From positions 91,400 to 155,399 of the forward strand of contig QHVB01000028.1 of the NCBI GenBank assembly GCA_003222195.1: DNA of 64,000 nucleotides, read 5' to 3'. The DNA is from Gemmatimonadota bacterium (GTDB taxonomy: Bacteria > Gemmatimonadota > Gemmatimonadetes > Gemmatimonadales > GWC2-71-9). A program made the position numbers and the translations under genes. Below, in pieces: positions 7,648-16,042 of the stretch (its first letter is position 1; every line of letters starts with the position of its first letter). The notes under the pieces were generated by a model. It was not told the origin of the DNA. It worked only from the letters and a program-made list of their open reading frames with translations, and did not search any database.

Positions 7648-10212
7648 CGCAAAGAAATTGTCGCCCTGGGCCCCGAACGAATCGGCGAGATCCCGGAATC
7701 CCACCAGCCGCGCGATCGGCTGAAAGCCGAAGCGGTTCTGTGCCCATACCAGGTACAGCGTACTGCCCCGTCTCCACTCCCACCTCAGGACCGCATTACT
7801 GCGGAACGAGAGGATGTTGAAGTCGGGATTCGAGATCCGCAGCGTGTCCGCTCCCCCATTGTCGGTGATCGTGTAGTCGCCGGCCGCATTGCGCGCGATT
7901 GTCGTGCCGCTCGTCCCGTAGTCACGCAGGTTGAACGTGCGCGGCGCCGCCAGCTCGCCGAGCCCGTAGTAGCGCCCGCTCGCCGCGAACGGCTCGCCAT
8001 ACAGCTCGAGCGTGAGATCAGGACCGATCGTGTAGTTCGCGCGCAGCTGCATCAGGAACGTGCTCTGGTCGATGCGCGCGAAGACGTAGCGCGAGCCGTA
8101 GGTCGCCGCCGGGCCGCCACCAGTGAATGTCGTCAGGTACTGACGCGGGGAAATTGCCCGCAGATAGTTCGGAGTAGCCGAGAACAGGAAGCGGGTCGAC
8201 GGCCGGATCGAGACCTCCCCGCTCAGGCGATACGTCTGACCGCCCAGCTCGTCCTCGCCGTAGTAGACGCGCCCGACCCAAGAGTTCTTCGCGCCGAACT
8301 TGCTGGCGAGGCGGACGACCCAGTTCCACGAGGCCGGCGTCGCCATCTCGGGACCGCCGCGCGTGGCGGAATGGTCGAGTGAACGCGGCAGGTAGTCGAC
8401 GTAGGAGCTCAGATCCCAGAAGTTCTTCAAAACCACCTGGCCGTAGACCTCGTTGAACAGAACCTGGCGGTCGCCACCATAGTCGTATTCCGAGAACGCG
8501 CTGAGGGCGAAGTTGTAGTTCTGGAACCAGGCGCGCGGCTTGGTTTGACGGTAGATCATTCCGACGAACCCGTTTCGGCCATCGCCATTGCCGAGCCTTC
8601 CCGCATCATTGGGGTCATACGCCGGCGATTCCCAGGCGTATTGGAGGTCGTATAACCAGTTCCCTTTTGTCTTCCGGAACCAAATCGATCCAACCGATCC
8701 GGTGAGCGTAGTTCGCGCCGGATCGTAGGTCAGGTAGTGCGCGTCCGGGCGCTGGAAGTAATGCACCGACGATTGCTGCACGCGGTTGATGTCGCTCGTG
8801 TCGCCGCGCAGGTGACTGAACCCTAGCCAGCCGCGCAGCTCGTACGCACCACGATCCCAGCGCAGCACCCAGTCGGCGCCCCCCGCGTAGGCGTGCCGCG
8901 TGTAGTTTGGCGCCAGCAGACTGTCGAGGCCGCGGTGGACCGTGGTGAGCGTCACGCCGACGACCGACTTCGAGGCGCCGAATTCCTGCTGCAGACGCAC
9001 AACGCCATATCCCGCCGGCGGCGCAACGATCGTGCGTCCGAACGTCTTCGTCGTCGTGTCATAGGTCTGCGCCCATTCGCGCGACGTGACCGCGGCGAGG
9101 GCACCCAGCGACATTCCCGTTGCGAGCCGTCCAGTGACCTTGGCGGCGCCGAGGATCGTGGCATTCTGGGGGCAGTCGACAAAATCGCCGCTCGCGTTGC
9201 AGCCAGGCCGCGCGCCGATGCGGCGGGAGTAGAAGTAGCTCGGCCCGTTGCCGCGCAGCAGCCGGTTGCCCTCGGTAAAGAACGGCCGCTTTTCATCGAA
9301 AAACACCTCGAAGGCCGACAGATTCACCACCGCGGGATCGGCTTCCACCTGGCCGAAATCGGGATTCACCGTGCCATCGAGCGTGATGTTGGGACCGAGT
9401 CCCATTTTCACATCGGCGCCGGCGCGGCCGGCGAGGTTTGCGCCGCCATTGAACGGATCCACCGCCGGGACGCCGCCCTGAAAGCGCGTGTCGGCCGCGC
9501 CGTAGGGCATGAGCTCGAGCCGGCGGGTCGGCTTGATGCCCTCGATGCCCACGAGCTGTCCCATGAACGACGACCATCCGGTGCGGTCGGTGGGTACCGG
9601 GATCCAGTAGTCGTCCTCGCTCGTGACGGGATTCCACCGATTAGCATTGAAGCCCCACACCTGCACCGGTTGATTGGTGAACCGGAGCTGCGAAAAAGGG
9701 ATGCGCATCTCCGCGGTCCAGCCGAGCGCATCGATGTTCGCTTTCGCCTCCCAGACCGGGTCGAACCCGAAGTTGGCGTCGTTTTCATCGTCTGACGCAT
9801 GGTACCAGTCTGCCCGCACCCCAGACGCCGAGACACCGAACGAGTACGCGGTGCGTTTGTCGTGGTAGCTGTCGAACGACACCCACATGCGTTCAGACTG
9901 GAAGGTATTGTCGCGGCGTGAGAGCGGCGCCTGGATCTTGGACGGATCGCGGCTGAACATCCGCGCGCCGACATACAGCGCATCGTCGTCGTAGAAAATC
10001 GCGATGCGCATGCTGTCGCCGGGGCGCGCGCCTTCGCGGGGCCGTTTCTGTATGAAGTCGCTGATCCATGACGCGCGGGACCACACCGGATCGTCGAGCC
10101 GCCCATCGAGTGTGATGGACGTACCCTGTAACCGAACCGCCCTGATCTGCTTGGCCGGTGGTGCCTCGCTCGTCTGCAATGCGACGGAGGCCGCGATGCA
10201 CAACGCCACCAT
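7615..10212 (-). CDS. CBM9-like/DUF5916 family outer-membrane protein
   Basis: Signal peptide MVALCIAASVALQ, then ITLDGRLDDPVWSRASWISDFIQKRP...ALYVGARMF...DSYHDKRTAYSFGV...GWTAEMRIPFSQLRF (CBM9-like) followed by a long beta-rich region. About 35-40 percent similar by eye to 38215..40908. Start is the ATG at 10212 or the TTG at 10218. Confidence 0.8.
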   Translation of the reverse strand: MVALCIAASVALQTSEAPPAKQIRAVRLQGTSITLDGRLDDPVWSRASWISDFIQKRPREGARPGDSMRIAIFYDDDALYVGARMFSRDPSKIQAPLSRRDNTFQSERMWVSFDSYHDKRTAYSFGVSASGVRADWYHASDDENDANFGFDPVWEAKANIDALGWTAEMRIPFSQLRFTNQPVQVWGFNANRWNPVTSEDDYWIPVPTDRTGWSSFMGQLVGIEGIKPTRRLELMPYGAADTRFQGGVPAVDPFNGGANLAGRAGADVKMGLGPNITLDGTVNPDFGQVEADPAVVNLSAFEVFFDEKRPFFTEGNRLLRGNGPSYFYSRRIGARPGCNASGDFVDCPQNATILGAAKVTGRLATGMSLGALAAVTSREWAQTYDTTTKTFGRTIVAPPAGYGVVRLQQEFGASKSVVGVTLTTVHRGLDSLLAPNYTRHAYAGGADWVLRWDRGAYELRGWLGFSHLRGDTSDINRVQQSSVHYFQRPDAHYLTYDPARTTLTGSVGSIWFRKTKGNWLYDLQYAWESPAYDPNDAGRLGNGDGRNGFVGMIYRQTKPRAWFQNYNFALSAFSEYDYGGDRQVLFNEVYGQVVLKNFWDLSSYVDYLPRSLDHSATRGGPEMATPASWNWVVRLASKFGAKNSWVGRVYYGEDELGGQTYRLSGEVSIRPSTRFLFSATPNYLRAISPRQYLTTFTGGGPAATYGSRYVFARIDQSTFLMQLRANYTIGPDLTLELYGEPFAASGRYYGLGELAAPRTFNLRDYGTSGTTIARNAAGDYTITDNGGADTLRISNPDFNILSFRSNAVLRWEWRRGSTLYLVWAQNRFGFQPIARLVGFRDLADSFGAQGDNFFALKVSYWIPVN

Positions 10213-10214
10213 AC

Positions 10215-12689
10215 TCAATCGCGCGCCAGCGCCTCGAACACCCGACCGCGATCGTACTGCGAGCTGATGGATCCGGCGTCTTCGCGGATGGCCGCCCGGA
10301 TGGTGTCATCCATCCGCACCTTGCTGATCAGCGCGATCAACAGCTCCGACAGGTCGTGATCCGACGAGATCCTCTTGGCCGACTCCAGCACCGCCAGCAC
10401 GACCGGCCGCGGGACTTCGCCACGCTCCACGATGCTGAGCAAGGTGCGGCCGTGCTCATAATCGGAGTTGGGGTTCTTGGCGGCGGCGAAAAACGCCGGC
10501 CGCAGCGCCTCGTCCAGCACGTAGGCCCCGCCGATTTTCGTGAGCAGCTCCGCCAGCTCGTAATCGGAGTTGATCGTCTTGGCCGAGGTGAGCACGTCGC
10601 CGAGCATGGCGGGGCTGGTCCCCTGTCGCGCGACGACCGCATCCAGGACGCGCCGGTGTTCGTAGTCGGACTGCAGCTTGTTCGCCGCCTTGAAGAACGC
10701 GGGCCGGGCCGCTTCATCGATCGGGCGGGCCGTGTTCACCTCGATCAACAGCTCTGCCAGTTCATAGTCTGAGCTGATGTCGCCGGCGGCGTCGAGCATC
10801 GCCGCTTCCATGGCCGGAGTGAGACCCGGACGCGACAGCGCGGCCTTGAGCACGCGGTGGCGCTCGTAGTCGGAGCTGATTTTCTTCGCGGCCGTGATGA
10901 ACCCCGCCTGCATCGTTTCGGTGAGCGGTTGCTTCTGGGCAACCGCGATGAGGAACTCCGATAGCTCGTAGTCACTGTCGATGGATTGACCGGCCATCGT
11001 GACGAGGCGCTCATACCCAGCCGCATCCAGCTTGCCACTCTCGACCGCGGCCTGGTAGTAGACGCGCCGCGTATAGTCGCCGGTCAGCTCGCCGAACTCG
11101 TCGATGAGCCCGTGAATGCCGCGGCGCTCAAGAATCCAACGGGAGCGCTCCTCGGCCATGAAGCCGGTGCGCCGCAGCAGGAACGTCAGCGTCTCCCTCA
11201 ACCACGCCTTGGCCTCGTCGTCGTACGGACGGACGTCGCCATCCACCTTGTAGACGTGTTCGAGTCCGCCGCCGCCGCGTCGAATCGTCAGGCGACGATC
11301 GTGAGCCCCGTAATCCACCTGGATGACGACCCGCCCGCCCGAGGCCAGCGTGGCGATGTCGGTGAAGTCATCAGTGAAGGTGAACTTCCCATCCCCGTCG
11401 AAGCTGACGGCACAGCCACCGACCGTGATGCTGAGCGTGACGACGTCGCCGTCGCCTGAGTGGCTATGGGTGGAGCGCCGCGAGTCGTCGCCGCCGCAGC
11501 CACGCAGCGAATCGATTGCCACCGCCGGTCGACGGGCGGGGGTCCCGGATCCCGTCCCGCGCACATGGGTCATCCAGGGCCAAGGCAGCGGCGGAATCGT
11601 ATCGAGTGAGCTGGCAGCCGACGTCGGCTCGATGCCGCGGGGCGCGGCCGCCGCGAGCGGCACCACCACCACGATCGCCGCGATCCACGCCGGCAACGCG
11701 GACCGCGCGGACAGCGTGTCGCGACGCCGCCGCGTGTCGAGCACATCGAGCAAGCGCGTGGCGAGCTGCGCCGGCCGCGCCATAGCGACGCTGGCGAGCG
11801 CAGTCGCGCGCGCCGCGCGCAGGTCCCGGGCAATCTCGAGCAAGTGCGTGGCATAGGTGGACGGAGTCGCGCCCGCGCGCAGCACATGATCGTCGCACGC
11901 GCGCTCGCGCTCTTCCCGCAGCCGCGTGGCGGCCAGCCAGACGAGCGGATGGAACCAGTAGACTGCGCAGGCGGTCCGCGCGATCAGTTGAATCAGGAAG
12001 TCGTGCCGCTTCACGTGTGCGAGCTCATGGAGCAACACATCACGCCGGCGCTCAGCGCTCCACGCGTCGGCTTCCGCGGGAAGCAGAATCGTCGGCCGCC
12101 GAATGCCCCACGTCATCGGCATCGCCGGTCCGTCCGCCTGCAGGAGACGGACGTGCCGGGTGAGGCCGAGCTCGAGCGAGAGATCCTCGACCAGCAGCAG
12201 CCACCGCTCGTCTCGCAGCGGCGCGGTGGTCCGATCGAGCCAGGCGATTCGGGCCATCCCAACCGCTAACAGAATCAGCACGGCCGCCACGCCGCTCAGC
12301 CACACCGGGAAAACCAATGCAGTCCAGTTGGGCCTGATCCGCCACCGGACCGGTTCTACGTCGGTCGCGACTGACGGGGCGGAGCTCGGCGCTCGAGGGG
12401 CGGGCTTCGCGGCCGGAGTTGGATCGGTCGCCGCTGCCGCGGCGTGACGCTGCGCCGGCATCTCGTTGAGATCGAACGCCACCGGCACATCGAGGCGCGG
12501 CCAGCCGGCGACGCGCCAGTTCGGAAGCAACGCCGACGCGAGCGGCAGCGCGAGGACACCGCCGCAGGCGAGGGTCCAGACCAGATGTCGCAGCGACGCC
12601 GCCGAGCGGCGCAGGAGCAGTGTCACACCCGCGGCCAGCAGGAGGAGGACGGTCGCCTTGACGAAGGCGTCAGCGAGGATGGCGATCAT
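10215..12689 (-). CDS. BlaR1/MecR1-type M56 family metalloprotease signal transducer with a C-terminal 34-aa repeat array
   Basis: MIAILADAFVKATVLLLLAAG... with 4 TM helices and the zinc motif LLHELAHVKRHD. No penicillin-binding domain is present. The last 255 aa are SDYE repeats. The start lies 1 nt after the blaI-like stop. Confidence 0.85.
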   Translation of the reverse strand: MIAILADAFVKATVLLLLAAGVTLLLRRSAASLRHLVWTLACGGVLALPLASALLPNWRVAGWPRLDVPVAFDLNEMPAQRHAAAAATDPTPAAKPAPRAPSSAPSVATDVEPVRWRIRPNWTALVFPVWLSGVAAVLILLAVGMARIAWLDRTTAPLRDERWLLLVEDLSLELGLTRHVRLLQADGPAMPMTWGIRRPTILLPAEADAWSAERRRDVLLHELAHVKRHDFLIQLIARTACAVYWFHPLVWLAATRLREERERACDDHVLRAGATPSTYATHLLEIARDLRAARATALASVAMARPAQLATRLLDVLDTRRRRDTLSARSALPAWIAAIVVVVPLAAAAPRGIEPTSAASSLDTIPPLPWPWMTHVRGTGSGTPARRPAVAIDSLRGCGGDDSRRSTHSHSGDGDVVTLSITVGGCAVSFDGDGKFTFTDDFTDIATLASGGRVVIQVDYGAHDRRLTIRRGGGGLEHVYKVDGDVRPYDDEAKAWLRETLTFLLRRTGFMAEERSRWILERRGIHGLIDEFGELTGDYTRRVYYQAAVESGKLDAAGYERLVTMAGQSIDSDYELSEFLIAVAQKQPLTETMQAGFITAAKKISSDYERHRVLKAALSRPGLTPAMEAAMLDAAGDISSDYELAELLIEVNTARPIDEAARPAFFKAANKLQSDYEHRRVLDAVVARQGTSPAMLGDVLTSAKTINSDYELAELLTKIGGAYVLDEALRPAFFAAAKNPNSDYEHGRTLLSIVERGEVPRPVVLAVLESAKRISSDHDLSELLIALISKVRMDDTIRAAIREDAGSISSQYDRGRVFEALARD

Positions 12690-12690
12690 G

Positions 12691-13080
12691 TCAGCGGCCC
12701 TCCTTCCGCGCGTCGGCAATCAGCCGGCTCAGACGTTCGAGCTCGGCATCGGAAAGGCGTGTCGAAGAGAGATCGAGCAGCGCCGCTACGGCCTGCTCCG
12801 TGGAACCGTCGAAAAAGGTGTGCAGCAGCTGGCGCAGCGCCGATTGCCGCGCGCGCTCCAGGGGAACAGTCGGCAGGAAGACATATCGCTGGCCATCCTC
12901 TTCGTGGCGGAGATGTCCCTTCTCCTCGAGGACCCGCAGCAGCGCGCGGACCGCGGAGTAGCCGGGCGGATCGGCGAGCTGATCGAGCACCTCGGCGGCG
13001 GTCGCGCGACCCATGCGGTAGATCACGTCCATGATCTCGCGTTCCCGACGGCTGAGCTGCGCATTCGTTTCTTTGGACAT
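12691..13080 (-). CDS. BlaI/MecI/CopY family transcriptional repressor
   Basis: 129 aa: LSRREREIMDVIYRMGRATAAEVLDQLADPPGYSAVRALLRVLEEKGHLRHEEDGQRYVFLP, a Penicillinase_R-type wHTH plus a C-terminal dimerisation helix. Confidence 0.9.
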   Translation of the reverse strand: MSKETNAQLSRREREIMDVIYRMGRATAAEVLDQLADPPGYSAVRALLRVLEEKGHLRHEEDGQRYVFLPTVPLERARQSALRQLLHTFFDGSTEQAVAALLDLSSTRLSDAELERLSRLIADARKEGR

Positions 13081-13099
13081 TGCCAGGCCCCCGACGGTC

Positions 13100-13138
13100 G
13101 ATGCTAAAAAACCAGCATCTGCTGCTAAGAAACTAGCA
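13100..13138. promoter_or_regulatory. Two phased dyads, candidate BlaI operators: GATGCT-N8-AGCATC and TGCTA-N6-TAGCA
   Basis: Read on the minus strand, the two units ATGCTAGTTTCTTAGCAGCAG and ATGCTGGTTTTTTAGCATCGA are 21 bp apart, 20-58 nt upstream of the blaI-like start. Both are bracketed by an 11-bp inverted repeat, GCCAGGCCCCC (13082-13092) and GGGGGCCTGGC (13141-13151). Confidence 0.5.
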
Positions 13139-13191
13139 TTGGGGGCCTGGCTGTCAACCAGGGAGTGTGCGGAACGTGTTAGGTCGATCTC

Positions 13192-15258
13192 CTAGGGCTG
13201 CCGTTCGCCTCCCACGGTTGCGGTCGTCTCGGGTCCCAGCCGGTGCTGCTGGTACCAGCTCAGCATGTAGAGCTGCGTCCGCAAGAAATTCGACGGCTTG
13301 GAGCTCGTGCCGTGATACTCGCCGTTGAAGCGCAGCATCACCACCGGCACCTTCAGCATCTTCAGCGCCGAGTAGTACTCCTCGGTCTGGGGAATCGGCG
13401 TGCGCAGATCCAGCTCGCCGGTCATGAGGAGCGTCGGTGTCTTCACGTTGCCCACGTACGCGAGCGACGACTGCTTGATCCACTGCTCGGGCTTCTCCCA
13501 GAACGGCGCATCGAAGAAGCCGTAGGTGAACAGCGGGACGTCGGTCTGCCCCGCCATGCTCATCCAGTCGATCACCGGACAACGCACCGCCGCTGCCGCA
13601 AACCGCGTCGTGTGGCCGATTACCCAGCTCGACAGCACGCCGCCACCGGAGCAGCCGCCGACATACATGCGCTGTGTGTCGATGTAGCCGCGGCCCACGA
13701 CGGTATCGACTCCCGCCATCAGGTCGTCGTAGTCCACGCTCGGGTAGGCGCGCTCGATCGCGTTCCCGAAGGCGCTGCCGTAGCCCGTGCTGCCGCGGGG
13801 ATTGGTGATGAGGACCACGTAGCCGTCGGCGGCGAAGTTCTGGAGCTGATAGCTGAACGCGCCGTTGTACATGCCGTGCGGCCCGCCGTGAATTTCCATG
13901 ATGAGCGGATACTTTTTGCTCCGATCGAAACTCGGCGGCTTGATGATCCAGCCTTCCACGCGGGCGCCACCGGTCGATGCATACCAGACCGTCTCTGTTG
14001 AACCCAACCGCATGCGGTCCAGCACGTCGGCGTTCACGCTGGTGAGTCGAGTGGTGGGCGACCGCCCGCCGACTTTCAGGCTGAACCGAGCGACGTCAGC
14101 CGGATTCGTGGCGTCGGAGCGGATGCCGACGCCGGTGAGGTCGCGCGCGATCGACACCAGCGACAGCATCTGGTCGCCGTCGGTCACCTTCCGATTGCCG
14201 CCGTGCAGACCCGCGAAGTACACGTTGCTCGTCCCCTGCTCCGCTAACGCGAAGAAGACGCCGCTGCCATCGGGACTCCAACGCACCGCGGCGGGATCGC
14301 GGTCATAGGTCGTGAGGGTACGCATCCCGGAGCCATCGATGCCGACCGTCCAAACCTCGTCGGCGCGATACGAAAAGGTCCCGTACTCGTGTCCTGTGAA
14401 GGCCACGGTCCGACCGTCGGGCGAGACGACGGGGCCGGTCCAGCCCCCCTTCTTGCTGACGAGCTGCTTGATCGCGCCGTTCTGCACGTCGACTGTATAG
14501 AGATACGACTCGCGATAGCGATAGTCGGCGTCGGCTTCGCGCAGCCCGTCGAACACGATCGTACGGCCGTCGGGCGTCCAGTCGTAATTCGGCGCATTGA
14601 AGCCGCCGAGCTCGGCGGTGGCGAAGTCGCCGCTCGTGAGCTGGCGAGGCGTGCCACCCTCGCCTGGCACGAGGAAGATCTGCGTCGTGCCTTGCTCCAC
14701 GAAACCCGTGCGGTCGCGGCGGTAATGCAGCCGATCGACGATGCGCGGCGCCGGCGTCCACTTCGCACCTTCGGGCGCCATGGGCATGCTGATCTTCCAG
14801 GGCGTCTCGCTCTTCACGAGCATCGTGAACGCGAGCGAGCGGCCGTCCGGCGACCAGCTCAGGTTGCTCGGTGTTTCGGTGACGCGCGTGACCTGGGACG
14901 TCGCGCCTTCGGCGTCCATCCAGCGCACGAAGATTTGCGTCCCCTTCGGGTCGCCGTCGGCGAAAAAGGCGATCCGCGTGCCGTCCGGGGACCAGCGGCC
15001 GTTGGAGCCCTTCACCAGGAATCTGTTTTTCGAGCCGTCCGCATTCATGATCCACAACCCTGCGTCCCAGCGGTCTTCGATCTTGTTCACCCAGCGGCGG
15101 GTGTACACGATCCGCGATCCGTCGGGAGAGACCTGCGGGTCGGCGACTTGCTCCCAATCGAGATAGTGGTTGACGGTGAGGAGAGTGTCGGATGCAGCTT
15201 CTTGACTCCGAACGGCGGATGGAACGACGAGCAGCGCGGCCAGAAACACGGAACGCAT
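13192..15258 (-). CDS. S9 family serine peptidase (acylaminoacyl/prolyl oligopeptidase type) with an N-terminal PD40/TolB-like beta-propeller
   Basis: ATG at 15258 preceded by GGAGG. Signal MRSVFLAALLVVPSAVRSQ. Repeated SPDGSRIVY/SPDGTRIAF/SPDGRSLAF propeller motifs. C-terminal alpha/beta hydrolase with the GGCSGGG nucleophile elbow. Confidence 0.9.
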   Translation of the reverse strand: MRSVFLAALLVVPSAVRSQEAASDTLLTVNHYLDWEQVADPQVSPDGSRIVYTRRWVNKIEDRWDAGLWIMNADGSKNRFLVKGSNGRWSPDGTRIAFFADGDPKGTQIFVRWMDAEGATSQVTRVTETPSNLSWSPDGRSLAFTMLVKSETPWKISMPMAPEGAKWTPAPRIVDRLHYRRDRTGFVEQGTTQIFLVPGEGGTPRQLTSGDFATAELGGFNAPNYDWTPDGRTIVFDGLREADADYRYRESYLYTVDVQNGAIKQLVSKKGGWTGPVVSPDGRTVAFTGHEYGTFSYRADEVWTVGIDGSGMRTLTTYDRDPAAVRWSPDGSGVFFALAEQGTSNVYFAGLHGGNRKVTDGDQMLSLVSIARDLTGVGIRSDATNPADVARFSLKVGGRSPTTRLTSVNADVLDRMRLGSTETVWYASTGGARVEGWIIKPPSFDRSKKYPLIMEIHGGPHGMYNGAFSYQLQNFAADGYVVLITNPRGSTGYGSAFGNAIERAYPSVDYDDLMAGVDTVVGRGYIDTQRMYVGGCSGGGVLSSWVIGHTTRFAAAAVRCPVIDWMSMAGQTDVPLFTYGFFDAPFWEKPEQWIKQSSLAYVGNVKTPTLLMTGELDLRTPIPQTEEYYSALKMLKVPVVMLRFNGEYHGTSSKPSNFLRTQLYMLSWYQQHRLGPETTATVGGERQP

Positions 15259-15278
15259 AAAGCCTCCGGAGGGATTGT

Positions 15279-16016
15279 CTAAATTGTACGTTTCGGTACG
15301 CCGATCAGATAGGTCCCACGGAGCGGCGATCGCGAACCCCGAAAGTTCCCGAAGTCCCAATCGTACGTGTCCAGCCCCCGCACCAGATTCGCCAGCTCGG
15401 CTACGGAGTAGGTGCGCAGACACGAGACGACCCCGTCGAATGTGCCGACGAGCGGCAGGACGGGCGGCAGGTACGTCCACAGCAATCGCGACCACCGCCA
15501 GGGCCGGATGAACGGCACGAGCGCGAGTGTGCCGAGCCAGGTGAAGGCAACGACCGCCATTTCGAGCGGCGCGCGGCGCGCGATCTCGAAGACGCCGATG
15601 CCCTGGCGGCGCCGGACCGCATCCTCGAGAATGGCCCGTGCTTCAGCGGGCCGGAAATGGTGGAACGCGGTGAAGATCGTGCGGAAGCCGTCGAGTTGCT
15701 CGGGCACGGTGCGCGCGTCGACGGACCCGGCGTGGAACGCCATGTTCTGCACGCCAGCGCGATGCGGGTACCGATCGGTAAGCAGTACCGGCACTCCGAC
15801 CTGACCTGCCAGCCTGCGCCATGGACCGCCCGCGCCCGAGCAAAGGTCGACGATCCGCCGCGCGTGGGTGCGTTCGACCGCTCGACGCAGCAGCGGCCCC
15901 ACAGGATCGTAGGCGGCGCCGAGGTTCACGGTAAACGCCAGGAAATCGGTCAGCGCGTCCCGCAGTGACGGCGGACAGGACGGCAGATCGTGGATTTCGA
16001 TGAGATGCAGCCGCAT
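15279..16016 (-). CDS. Class I SAM-dependent methyltransferase with a hydrophobic C-terminal segment
   Basis: ATG at 16016 gives MRLHLIEIHDLPSCPPSLRDALTDFL... with SAM motif I at RIVDLCSGAGGPW. Confidence 0.7.
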   Translation of the reverse strand: MRLHLIEIHDLPSCPPSLRDALTDFLAFTVNLGAAYDPVGPLLRRAVERTHARRIVDLCSGAGGPWRRLAGQVGVPVLLTDRYPHRAGVQNMAFHAGSVDARTVPEQLDGFRTIFTAFHHFRPAEARAILEDAVRRRQGIGVFEIARRAPLEMAVVAFTWLGTLALVPFIRPWRWSRLLWTYLPPVLPLVGTFDGVVSCLRTYSVAELANLVRGLDTYDWDFGNFRGSRSPLRGTYLIGVPKRTI

Positions 16017-16042
16017 TAGGGGAAAGTTACATTTCGCGCCAC

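Noticed and set aside
13082-13151. The 11-bp inverted repeats flanking a 48-bp core, considered as a miniature inverted-repeat transposable element.
   Set aside because: The unit is only 70 bp. No target-site duplication is evident and no second copy is in the window. The interior is better explained as operator dyads for the adjacent BlaI-like repressor. I report it as regulatory instead.
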